A DNA stretch of 64,000 nt, taken from NCBI GenBank assembly GCA_017444525.1, contig JAFSWL010000044.1, forward strand, positions 25,499 through 89,498, read 5' to 3'. Every line of letters begins with the position of its first letter. The first letter of the stretch is position 1. This document shows, piece by piece, positions 49,054-56,584 of this stretch. The notes below the pieces were generated by a model. It saw nothing but the letters and a program-made list of their open reading frames with translations. It ran no database searches and was not told the DNA's origin. Source of the DNA: Alphaproteobacteria bacterium (GTDB lineage: Bacteria > Pseudomonadota > Alphaproteobacteria > RF32 > CAG-239). The position numbers and the translations under genes are program-made.

Positions 49054-49701
49054 ATGGAAAAAAAAGTAGGACTTTTAAAGTTCGGAGGAATCAACGTAAA
49101 AATTGTTGAGGACGATGTAACGTGCGAGCTTGCTGATTGCATCGTTGTTCCTGAGTTTAACAATTGTGCTTCATACGGTGGTGTCGGCGGTGCTTGTGTT
49201 CGCCGCGGTTTGCGCAAGGGAATGGAAGCATACGACAAGCGCGCTCAGCAGCAGCCGTTTGCGTTTGGCGATACCTTCTTGACCGAAAGTGGACGTGATA
49301 ACCTGTTTCTGGGGCACGTAGTTACAGTCGGGGCACCTGCTGAAGAACAGTTTGAGGCTGTTTTCAAGTCGGTCTACAACATTATCGGCGATTGCAATCA
49401 GAGGCCGTATGCCTCGATTCGCCGCATTGCGATTCCCGAGCTTGGAACCGGCATTATCGGCAACCTGACGCAGGAACAGAGTGCTCGCGCCATCATCGGT
49501 GCCGTTGATGCTTTCTCTCGGGTTTGCGGTGCTACCATAGTCGATGAAGTTGTGCTGTGTGTCTACAAGGCGTCCACGGCACCTGCCGAAAAGGTACTTG
49601 CTGACGGCTCTTTCCGCGATTGCAAGTTCGAAGTCGGACAGAAAATCTTTGATCCGATGGACTGGCTGCACGGGATGGGGCTTGAGTTCAGCAAAGCCTG
49701 A
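49054..49701 (+). CDS. Macro-domain (ADP-ribose binding/hydrolase-like) protein
   Basis: ADCIVVPEFNNCASYGGVGGA...HVVTVGAP...RRIAIPELGTGIIGNL follows the macro-domain motif order (xVNAAN-like, GGG-like, IafPxIstGi). G+C is visibly higher than in the flanks. No SD. Confidence 0.65.
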   Translation: MEKKVGLLKFGGINVKIVEDDVTCELADCIVVPEFNNCASYGGVGGACVRRGLRKGMEAYDKRAQQQPFAFGDTFLTESGRDNLFLGHVVTVGAPAEEQFEAVFKSVYNIIGDCNQRPYASIRRIAIPELGTGIIGNLTQEQSARAIIGAVDAFSRVCGATIVDEVVLCVYKASTAPAEKVLADGSFRDCKFEVGQKIFDPMDWLHGMGLEFSKA

Positions 49702-49714
49702 CAAATAAAAAAGT

Positions 49715-49752
49715 AAGGAGTAATGCTTGAAGCATTGCTCCTTATTTTTTTG
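49715..49752 (+). terminator. Rho-independent terminator after the macro-domain gene
   Basis: AAGGAGTAATGCTT-ga-AGCATTGCTCCTT followed by ATTTTTTTT. Confidence 0.85.
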
Positions 49753-49760
49753 CATAAAAA

Positions 49761-49840
49761 TTCAAGCAAATATCTGCGGCTTTTCAATATTTAAAGGATA
49801 AATTCGAGTGAATTCCAAATTATGACCGATTCAAAGAATA
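49761..49840 (+). pseudogene. Decayed duplicate of the last ~27 codons of the J-domain gene
   Basis: 49761..49840 aligns without gaps to 48871..48950, about 65 of 80 identical by hand count. It translates to FKQISAAFQYLKDKFE*IPNYDRFKE* versus FKQISAAYQHLKEKFERIPNYDLFKE*. Confidence 0.8.
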
Positions 49841-49860
49841 AGACTTTTTAACGAAAATTC

Positions 49861-49889
49861 TTGCCAAAATACAAAAACTGCGGTATACT
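49861..49889 (+). promoter_or_regulatory. Sigma70-type promoter B, paralogous to promoter A (drives the 250-aa gene)
   Basis: TTGCCA at 49861..49866, a 17-nt spacer, then TATACT at 49884..49889. The preceding AACGAAAATTCTTGCC is homologous to AACGAAATTTTCTTGAC of promoter A. Confidence 0.5.
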
Positions 49890-50191
49890 GAAATCCTAAA
49901 AACATTAAGAATTAGGTATAACAAATATATATTATTAATATTTCCACTTTATAAGCAGGATAAGTTTTGCGCTTGTGTCTTATGATATGAATGCAGAATA
50001 ACGTTGAAATAAAAGATGAAAAACGAACAGTTGGCGAAGCACAGTAACCGACGAAATCTCAAAATACTTCGTGCAGTCAGATATTTTTTAATGTCAGATT
50101 GTTGATTCTTTTTTTCAATTCCGAGAGATAATTTGGAAGCTAAATTGCTCGTTTGCGAGTCCTGAAAGGGAGTAAGTAAACGGGATATAGT

Positions 50192-50944
50192 ATGAACGCA
50201 ATGAACAAGAATTTCCGTACCTCTGAGAACGTAGTTTTCACCAAGGTCAATGAGAAAGATGTTCAGCCCACCGGTAACTTCATCACCGTTCGTGGTAACA
50301 AGGCTGTTGCCATTATGGACGGCGAGGAGGTACCCATGCCCGAGCTGTTGTTCAACGAAATAGGAGTAGGCTACTACTTCGTCGACTTCTACCAGCATGG
50401 TAAGAAGATGGCGAAGAAGCACGGTACTTATGTGGCCGTGAAGCAGGAGCCGATCCGCGTCTGGAAGAACATCAAGCCCGGTGAGGTACTCAAGACTGTC
50501 ATCGACGGTTACGAGGAGCACAGCATTCAGCTCGACGACACCAAGGTCGCTGCTCAGAACGTGATCAAGAACGAGTTCTATGCCATCCCCAAGGATGTGC
50601 TGGAGAAGAAGTATCGTTTTGATCACAGTGAGTTTGATTTCGACCTCTATGTGCCGAAGTCGGACGCTGTGTCTTCATGGGTGTACTCCGACGTCAACGT
50701 GTTTGGCGTGCTCTGGGGCGGTCTGGAGTTTCTGACGACTCCGATGATCAACATCACCGATCCGGACGACTGTTACGGATGTAACTATGTTGTCTGGTGG
50801 GGCAACGACGGACGCCTGAGCTCATACAAGGTCCTGGGCTTCTTCCGCGCCTGCGGTCAGAAGTTCTACGACCAACCGATGGCCGAGCCCAAGTCGGTGC
50901 TGGAAGCTACATTTCAGCCACCAAAGGAGCTGATGGGTTGCTAA
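50192..50944 (+). CDS. Hypothetical 250-aa protein, high GC3, foreign-looking
   Basis: Clean ORF with strong C/G-ending codon preference that differs from the neighbours. It generates a long antisense shadow ORF (49949..50626). Only a weak GGGA lies upstream. I recognise no motif. Confidence 0.7.
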   Translation: MNAMNKNFRTSENVVFTKVNEKDVQPTGNFITVRGNKAVAIMDGEEVPMPELLFNEIGVGYYFVDFYQHGKKMAKKHGTYVAVKQEPIRVWKNIKPGEVLKTVIDGYEEHSIQLDDTKVAAQNVIKNEFYAIPKDVLEKKYRFDHSEFDFDLYVPKSDAVSSWVYSDVNVFGVLWGGLEFLTTPMINITDPDDCYGCNYVVWWGNDGRLSSYKVLGFFRACGQKFYDQPMAEPKSVLEATFQPPKELMGC

Positions 50945-50957
50945 TCATACAAAAGAA

Positions 50958-50993
50958 AGAGACGTTTCCTTAACCGGAAACGCCTCTTTTTTG
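50958..50993. terminator. Rho-independent terminator between convergent genes
   Basis: AGAGACGTTTCC-ttaac-GGAAACGCCTCT followed by TTTTTT. Confidence 0.8.
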
Positions 50994-51022
50994 TTGTTAA
51001 CTTTATTTCACATCTATAAATC

Positions 51023-52300
51023 TTAACGCTCACGTCCTTTTTTGATAGCCGCGGTGACGGCAAAATTAGTTTTTTCGGTCTGCGATTCGGGTGAGGTATG
51101 TGCCATATCGTATTTTTGCATGGATTGTTTGATGTATTCATCAAGCATTGCCGCTTCTTCCGGTGTACGCGCGCCATCGGCATCAACCGCTTTCACTTTT
51201 TCCAAATATGCCTTTATGTTCGCGGAATATTGTTCGGCATTTTGCGCATCCTGACACATAATCTTTTTTAGAGATTCCTCACAAATCAAGTTGCGCTTTG
51301 CAAGTTCTTGTTTAATATATTCATTTAAGTCAAAATCAGGAGTTACATATTTTCTTACATCACCCAAACCCATAATATTTTCAAACATTGCATCGACTCG
51401 TTCGTGATATTGGTTGATTGTGTTGGAATTTTCCTCCATTGCCCAGACCGGATAATCATTATAAACCGGAACAGAGTTCCAGAACGCTTGTTTGCTGTAT
51501 TCGGATACAACGGTTTGTTGCGTTGCTTTGTCGTACTCAGATGTATTATTTGTTTCAAGCCACTTATCATTAACATATTTGGCAACATAAGCCTCCATAT
51601 TTTCCATATTCGGATTTTCCGACAATGTTTTTTGTAAATCTTTTGTATCAATGGTGAGGTCATCAAAATACTTCACATTACCGGTTGCTTTATACATATC
51701 GAGAGCCAATCCGGCTTGCACCATGTTTGCCTTTATTTCAGTCATCATATTCAGTTTAGCCATATATTCAGGTGGTAAATCAAACTGGCGATTGCCGTAG
51801 TTTTTATCGTCTTCCAAGTGAGCCATTTCGTGTTCTATAAGTGAAAACAATGAAGTATGATTGGATTTTTCGGTAAAAAATTCAACTCGTTTCTTAGCTT
51901 CTTCTTCACTAAATCCATACTTTTCCATAAACATCTGTACGCAGTCGTCACGGTCATCCTCATCCATGCTATAATTATAAACCAATATGTGATTTTCTCC
52001 GTCATAAGCAGCGGAATATAGCGTCTCATCATTATGCAGAGCGGAATATAAATCTACCTCTTTATATTCAATAGTCGTATTTTCGGAGAATTTTTCGCCC
52101 ATATCATCAAGGTGAGAGTCATTCCATGTATCAAAATCAATTTCGCGTTCGCTTAAAATCAGGTCATTTTTACCTTGATTCAATTTGTATGTATCAGATT
52201 TCGGGTCATACACCACATCAAAGCCGTATTTTTGTTGCAAATCTACAGCTTTTTCCAAGACACTCTCTCCATTGGTAATCAGTTTATCGTTGCCAGCCAT
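51023..52300 (-). CDS. Orphan protein with an HExxH zincin motif (425 aa)
   Basis: LIEHEMAHLED in the middle of an acidic protein without a signal peptide. I cannot place it in a family. Confidence 0.65.
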   Translation of the reverse strand: MAGNDKLITNGESVLEKAVDLQQKYGFDVVYDPKSDTYKLNQGKNDLILSEREIDFDTWNDSHLDDMGEKFSENTTIEYKEVDLYSALHNDETLYSAAYDGENHILVYNYSMDEDDRDDCVQMFMEKYGFSEEEAKKRVEFFTEKSNHTSLFSLIEHEMAHLEDDKNYGNRQFDLPPEYMAKLNMMTEIKANMVQAGLALDMYKATGNVKYFDDLTIDTKDLQKTLSENPNMENMEAYVAKYVNDKWLETNNTSEYDKATQQTVVSEYSKQAFWNSVPVYNDYPVWAMEENSNTINQYHERVDAMFENIMGLGDVRKYVTPDFDLNEYIKQELAKRNLICEESLKKIMCQDAQNAEQYSANIKAYLEKVKAVDADGARTPEEAAMLDEYIKQSMQKYDMAHTSPESQTEKTNFAVTAAIKKGRER

Positions 52301-52368
52301 ATTTTGACTCCTATCTTTTTCCTACAATTATACCATAATCTTACACTTTTTGCATTAAATTTTTGTTA

Positions 52369-52400
52369 CAAAAAAACAGCCGATATTGCTACCGGCTGTC
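52369..52400 (-). terminator. Rho-independent terminator after the aminotransferase gene
   Basis: On the minus strand: GACAGCCG-gtagcaatat-CGGCTGT followed by TTTTTTT. Confidence 0.8.
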
Positions 52401-52422
52401 TAAGGTTAAAACGATTCGTAAA

Positions 52423-53583
52423 TTATGCGGCTTTATTCATTTTTTGTGCTGCAAACTCATTCATCTTTTCGATGATATAATCAAGCTGTTCGTCCGTCAA
52501 ATACGGTGTCATCGGAATGCTGCATACCGTCTTGGAAAGTTTTTCGCAAACCGGTAAAGAACGGGTGTTCCACTTGGCATAAGCGGTTTGCGTATTTACC
52601 GGACGCGGATAATATGCACCGCACGGAATACCGTTTGCTTTGAGATATGTCATCAATTCGTCGCGGTCTTCGCAATGAATGGTGTAAAGTGCATACGCTG
52701 AGCGGCAGTTATCCAAGATTTTTTGCTTGCCGAAATAGCTGCTGAGTTCGTTATCATAGCGCGAAGCCACACGATATCTGTTCTCGAGTTCTTGCTTGAG
52801 CTGTGTCAATTTCAACAGCAAAACTGCACCTTGAAATGAGTTCATACGGCCGGTCATTCCCAGACGCACGTTATCGTAGTGATCTTCCGGACTCATACCG
52901 TGAACGCGGCAGGATTTAACCAATTCATTTTCTTCATTGGAATTGCAGAAAACCGCACCGCCGTCGCCATAGCCGCCGAGCGGCTTGGTCGGGTAAAACG
53001 AAGTAGCGCTCATATCGGCAATCGAACCGGCATTGTGTCCATGATATACCGAACCGAAACTTTGGCAGGAATCAGACATAACTTTCATACCGTTTTCATG
53101 AGCGATTTTCATAATTTCATCGTAATTGCACGGAGAACCGAAAATATCTACCGCAATAACGGCTTTTAAGTTCAGCTTACCTTCGGCTTTAACCTGTGCA
53201 ATGGCGCGTTTCAGGTCTTCAGTGTCCATATTATAAGTGTTCGGATCGGAGTCTACAAAAATCGGTGTAGCACCGAGCAGAACCGGAGCTTCGGCCGAAG
53301 CAACAAACGTAAACGAAGATACAAACACGGCATCACCAGGTTTAACATCCCACGCCATTAAACCTAAAGTCAGGGCATCTGTGCCGGAACCGCAGGTAGA
53401 GCAATATTTCACACCGGCATATTCAGCAAGTTTTGTATCCAGTTCTTTAGTTTCCGGACCTTGGCAATAAGCGCCGTGATTTAAAATATTCTTAAAAGCT
53501 TCCAAAAATTTTTCTTGACCGATTTTTTTTTGAGTGGTGGCACAGTCAAAAAGATAAATCGGTTCGCTAGGTTTATTTGTCAT
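52423..53583 (-). CDS. DegT/DnrJ/EryC1/StrS-family PLP-dependent sugar aminotransferase
   Basis: GPETKELDTKLAEY..., SGTDALTL, DSCQSFGS, FYPTKPLGGYGDGG are family blocks. AAGGAA RBS before the ATG at 53583. Confidence 0.88.
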   Translation of the reverse strand: MTNKPSEPIYLFDCATTQKKIGQEKFLEAFKNILNHGAYCQGPETKELDTKLAEYAGVKYCSTCGSGTDALTLGLMAWDVKPGDAVFVSSFTFVASAEAPVLLGATPIFVDSDPNTYNMDTEDLKRAIAQVKAEGKLNLKAVIAVDIFGSPCNYDEIMKIAHENGMKVMSDSCQSFGSVYHGHNAGSIADMSATSFYPTKPLGGYGDGGAVFCNSNEENELVKSCRVHGMSPEDHYDNVRLGMTGRMNSFQGAVLLLKLTQLKQELENRYRVASRYDNELSSYFGKQKILDNCRSAYALYTIHCEDRDELMTYLKANGIPCGAYYPRPVNTQTAYAKWNTRSLPVCEKLSKTVCSIPMTPYLTDEQLDYIIEKMNEFAAQKMNKAA

Positions 53584-53684
53584 TGTTTCATTTTCCTTCA
53601 TAAAAGTTATCACTGTGTTGCAATTTAGCGCATTTTCGGCTTAGTTGCAACACACAAAACATTACGTGTTTGTAACATTTGGAT

Positions 53685-53715
53685 AAAAAAAACGATGCCC
53701 GAATAAGGCACCGCT
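53685..53715 (-). terminator. Rho-independent terminator after the OMP gene
   Basis: On the minus strand: CGGTGCC-ttattc-GGGCATCG followed by TTTTTTTT. Confidence 0.65.
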
Positions 53716-53738
53716 TTTTAACTTTCATATATTCGGAA

Positions 53739-54365
53739 TTAGAAGTTGTATCTAGCACCAAACATAATTTCGTGGTCGCGAGCAGTAACTTTTGTTACAG
53801 AATCACCCCAGTTTTTACGGATGCGACCTAAATCAGCATAACGGTAACCGGCATCCAAAGTCCAGTTAGAGGTTATGTCATAAGCGATACCTGCCATAAC
53901 TTGCCAAGCAAAGTTGTTAACCGACTTAGCTTGTTCACCGAAATCAGCCTTCAAGTGAGCAAGACCAATACCGGCACCGATATACGGAGTCCAAGGTGTG
54001 CAAGTCAAATAATCAAAATAAGCATTTGCCATAAAGGAGTGCTTATAGAGTCTGAAATGCTCAATTTCGGCTTCATCCCCGTTGTCAGCAGTAGTTGTCA
54101 ACCAATTACGTTTAATGTCACGAGAGTTGTTTAATTCAACTTCGCCACGAACATAACCGGCACGAACACCGTAAGCTACGTGAGTTCCAAACAATTCTTT
54201 ATTTGCTTTCCAGCGGGCAATAGCTGCATCTTCATAGCTATGATCTTTAATTTTTACTTTGTTAAAGTCATAAGATAATTTGCCAGAAACATACTGGTTA
54301 ACTTTTGCGTCTGCATTAGCGCTTAACAAGCAGGCAACACCAGCTAATAACAAAATTTTTTTCAT
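53739..54365 (-). CDS. Small outer-membrane beta-barrel protein (OmpA-beta-barrel/Opa-like porin family)
   Basis: Signal peptide MKKILLLAGVACLLSANADA. Alternating strands (AGIAYDITSNWTLDAGYRY) and a C-terminal FGARYNF. Confidence 0.8.
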   Translation of the reverse strand: MKKILLLAGVACLLSANADAKVNQYVSGKLSYDFNKVKIKDHSYEDAAIARWKANKELFGTHVAYGVRAGYVRGEVELNNSRDIKRNWLTTTADNGDEAEIEHFRLYKHSFMANAYFDYLTCTPWTPYIGAGIGLAHLKADFGEQAKSVNNFAWQVMAGIAYDITSNWTLDAGYRYADLGRIRKNWGDSVTKVTARDHEIMFGARYNF

Positions 54366-54591
54366 ATTAAATTCCTTCATTACTTGTTGAACAACAATAT
54401 ACTTTCGTATTGTAACAGCCATACTTTAGGACGATAAAAAAGCTATGTCAAGATATTTTTCTTAAACAATTCGCAGGCTTGTTGACGATTCATTAACATA
54501 TTATCATGTATAAAATGCACTTTTTGCGCAAAACCTATGGTTTAAGAGGTGTTACAACCGGTGATACACAAAAAATTACATATTTGTAACA

Positions 54592-55302
54592 TTATTTGTA
54601 GGCATACAAAGTTTTGCCGTAACGCTTGAGCCAAATACGGCCGCGGCTCCATTCAGGACATAGCGAGGCAACACAGGCCCAAAAAGCGTCGGAATGGTCC
54701 GGATGCTTGAGGTGCGACACTTCATGCGCCATCAGATAATCAATCACAAAATCGGGAGCCAGTGCAATCCGCCAACTGTAATTGATATGTTTTAGGGAGG
54801 AACAACTTCCCCAGCGCGAAGCTGTGTCTTTTATACTGACACCGGTAAGTTTACATCCTAGTTTATCGGCTAAATTTTTGGAGCGTTCATAAAATTCTTC
54901 TTGTGCCCGTTTTTTAATATAATCATGAACTCGGCGGTGGATAAATTCTGTTTCTCCCGAAACGCAAAGTTTATCGCCTTCAAGCCAAACTCCGCGTCTG
55001 GCTTCGGGATGATGTTCAATGGCAACATTCTTCCCAAATAACGATATGGTTTCACCATCGGCAAAATATTTTATTTCTGGCAGTTTGTTGAGGGAATTTA
55101 TAATCCAATCAGTGTGTTCGGTTACAAAATTTATAGCTTGCTTGCGTGAGCAAAAACGCGGTACGGAAAGCACCGGTATTCTTTGCTTTTCATCTATTTT
55201 CAGCGTCAGCTTGCGACCTGAGCGGGATTGCACTACTTTTATATCCATACCGACGGCCTCGGCAATATCAAAGGTCTTGCCAGTCAACAATGTAATCTTC
55301 AT
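54592..55302 (-). CDS. YgjP-like / DUF45 M48-family metal-dependent hydrolase
   Basis: RWGSCSS...INYSWRIALAP..VIDYLMAHEVSHLKHPDHSDAFW. The start could alternatively be the ATG at 55248 (MDIKVVQSRSGRKLTL). Confidence 0.85.
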   Translation of the reverse strand: MKITLLTGKTFDIAEAVGMDIKVVQSRSGRKLTLKIDEKQRIPVLSVPRFCSRKQAINFVTEHTDWIINSLNKLPEIKYFADGETISLFGKNVAIEHHPEARRGVWLEGDKLCVSGETEFIHRRVHDYIKKRAQEEFYERSKNLADKLGCKLTGVSIKDTASRWGSCSSLKHINYSWRIALAPDFVIDYLMAHEVSHLKHPDHSDAFWACVASLCPEWSRGRIWLKRYGKTLYAYK

Positions 55303-55771
55303 AATCCTTTACCTTTGTTTCGTTTATCAATTCGCGACCGCTAAGGGAATTTCCCGATTCGGCTACGCTTGAGGCTTTACCTGTAATAAGCGGATGCCAT
55401 TCCGGTAAGCCGTAACCGTTGTCTAGTAGCCAATAAGCACAAGTTTTCGGTAGCCAACGCGGCTTTTCGCGCACCGCCTCGAGATTGATGTCGCGACAAT
55501 CCGGTACAGCTTCAAACCTGTGCTCATAAATTTTACACAAACAGCTTTTGCAATCCAAAAAGCGGCAATATGTATTGGTAAAATGAATTTTGCCTTTGAT
55601 TTCTAACTTGTTTAGACAACACTTGCCGCAGCCGTCGCATAGCGCTTCCCATTCGGCTTTACTCATTTCTTCAAGTTTTTTATGCTTCCAAAATTCCGGC
55701 TCCAGCTTTTGAAATTCATCGACGCGCGTTTGCGGGTCATATGATTCGTCTATGGTATAATCTTTACTCAT
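55268..55771 (-). CDS. UPF0260 / YcgN-family CxxCxxCC protein, paralog 1
   Basis: WEALCDGCGKCCLNKLE...CRFLD...C.CKIYE...PKTCAYWLL. GGGAGGA RBS before the ATG at 55771. Confidence 0.85.
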   Translation of the reverse strand: MSKDYTIDESYDPQTRVDEFQKLEPEFWKHKKLEEMSKAEWEALCDGCGKCCLNKLEIKGKIHFTNTYCRFLDCKSCLCKIYEHRFEAVPDCRDINLEAVREKPRWLPKTCAYWLLDNGYGLPEWHPLITGKASSVAESGNSLSGRELINETKVKDYEDYIVDWQDL

Positions 55772-55790
55772 AAATCCTCCCAAATTTCTC

Positions 55791-55895
55791 GTCATCCTGA
55801 GGCAATGCCGAAGGATCCAGCAACGCAGGAAGCGCTGCTTTGTCCCGAAGGATAAAATGGATTCTTCGCTTCGCCTCAGCTACGCTCAGAATGAC
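55791..55895. repeat. ~105-bp imperfect palindromic element adjacent to the GIY-YIG gene
   Basis: GTCATCCTGAG..CGAAGGATCC (55791..55818) pairs with GGATTCTTCG..CTCAGAATGAC (55859..55895). Confidence 0.75.
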
Positions 55896-55911
55896 GGTAA
55901 AGGCTTTGTCC

Positions 55912-56187
55912 CTATAATAAGCTGTCATATAAATCATCCCAGTTTTTATTATTTTTTTCAATCAGTTCTATCTTACGCTTTCTGAGCCATCCTTTTAAGG
56001 TCTTTTCTCTCTTGATTGCCTGTGTCATATCTTCATAGATCTCATAATAAACAAGCATTTTTATATTATATCTCTTGGTAAAACCGCTGAAAATTTCCTG
56101 TTTATGCTCATAGACGCGCTTAACTAAGTCCGAAGTCACTCCCGTGTATAGTGTTCCGTTTTTTTGCTCGCTAAAATATAAATACAT
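55912..56187 (-). CDS. Stand-alone GIY-YIG (URI) domain protein, UPF0213-like (92 aa)
   Basis: MYLYFSEQKNGTLYTGVTSDLVKRVYEHKQ...REKTLKGW has the GIY...YxG...R..EH...E core. The ORF-track N-terminal extension overlaps ycgN paralog 2 and is not credible. Confidence 0.8.
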   Translation of the reverse strand: MYLYFSEQKNGTLYTGVTSDLVKRVYEHKQEIFSGFTKRYNIKMLVYYEIYEDMTQAIKREKTLKGWLRKRKIELIEKNNKNWDDLYDSLL

Positions 56188-56197
56188 GGTTGCTTTT

Positions 56198-56584
56198 TCA
56201 TAAGTCCTCCCAATCGACGATATGGTCTTCCAGTTCTTCCTCCTTGACTTCAAGTTCGGATACGGCACGTCCTTGCAGTGGCATGAGCGGTTGCTCCTTA
56301 TAGCTTTTATCAAACAACTTGCGGTAGGCACAGGTTTTCGGCATAAACGGCAATTTATCAACATTTTCCGGCGTCAGTTTGAGACAGTTTGGTACCAGTT
56401 CGCACCGCTTATCATAAACACTGCAGCGGCATTGCTGCATATCAAAATACCGGCATAAAACATTGGTATGATACATATCTCCTGTATCTTCATCTTCAAG
56501 CGTAATCATACAGCATTTGCCGCAATTATCGCAAATAGCTTCCCATTCAGCGGAAGATATTTTATTTAAGGTATTTTTATCCAT
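56198..56584 (-). CDS. UPF0260 / YcgN-family CxxCxxCC protein, paralog 2
   Basis: WEAICDNCGKCCMITLE...CRYFD...CRCSVYD...PKTCAYRKL. The ATG at 56584 overlaps the dnaB stop (ATGGATAA, 8 nt). Confidence 0.85.
   Translation of the reverse strand: MDKNTLNKISSAEWEAICDNCGKCCMITLEDEDTGDMYHTNVLCRYFDMQQCRCSVYDKRCELVPNCLKLTPENVDKLPFMPKTCAYRKLFDKSYKEQPLMPLQGRAVSELEVKEEELEDHIVDWEDL

Larger units (their letters stand above)
55785..56214 (-). mobile_element. Putative 430-bp insertion cassette (GIY-YIG ORF plus palindromic element) bounded by 17-bp direct repeats
   Basis: Read on the minus strand, ATTGGGAGGACTTATGA (56214..56198) and TTTGGGAGGATTTATGA (55784..55768) match at 15 of 17 positions. Removing one copy and the intervening DNA would restore a ycgN2-stop/ycgN1-start ATGA overlap. 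Confidence 0.4.

Noticed and set aside
49949-50626. 225-aa minus-strand ORF, plus other long antisense ORFs (e.g. 33431..34171, 16243..16887, 508..1011, 28070..28480, 39973..40455)
   Set aside because: These are shadow ORFs opposite confidently coding genes. Their composition is Leu/Val/Ile/Arg-rich nonsense with no RBS, which is typical of the antisense frame of biased genes.
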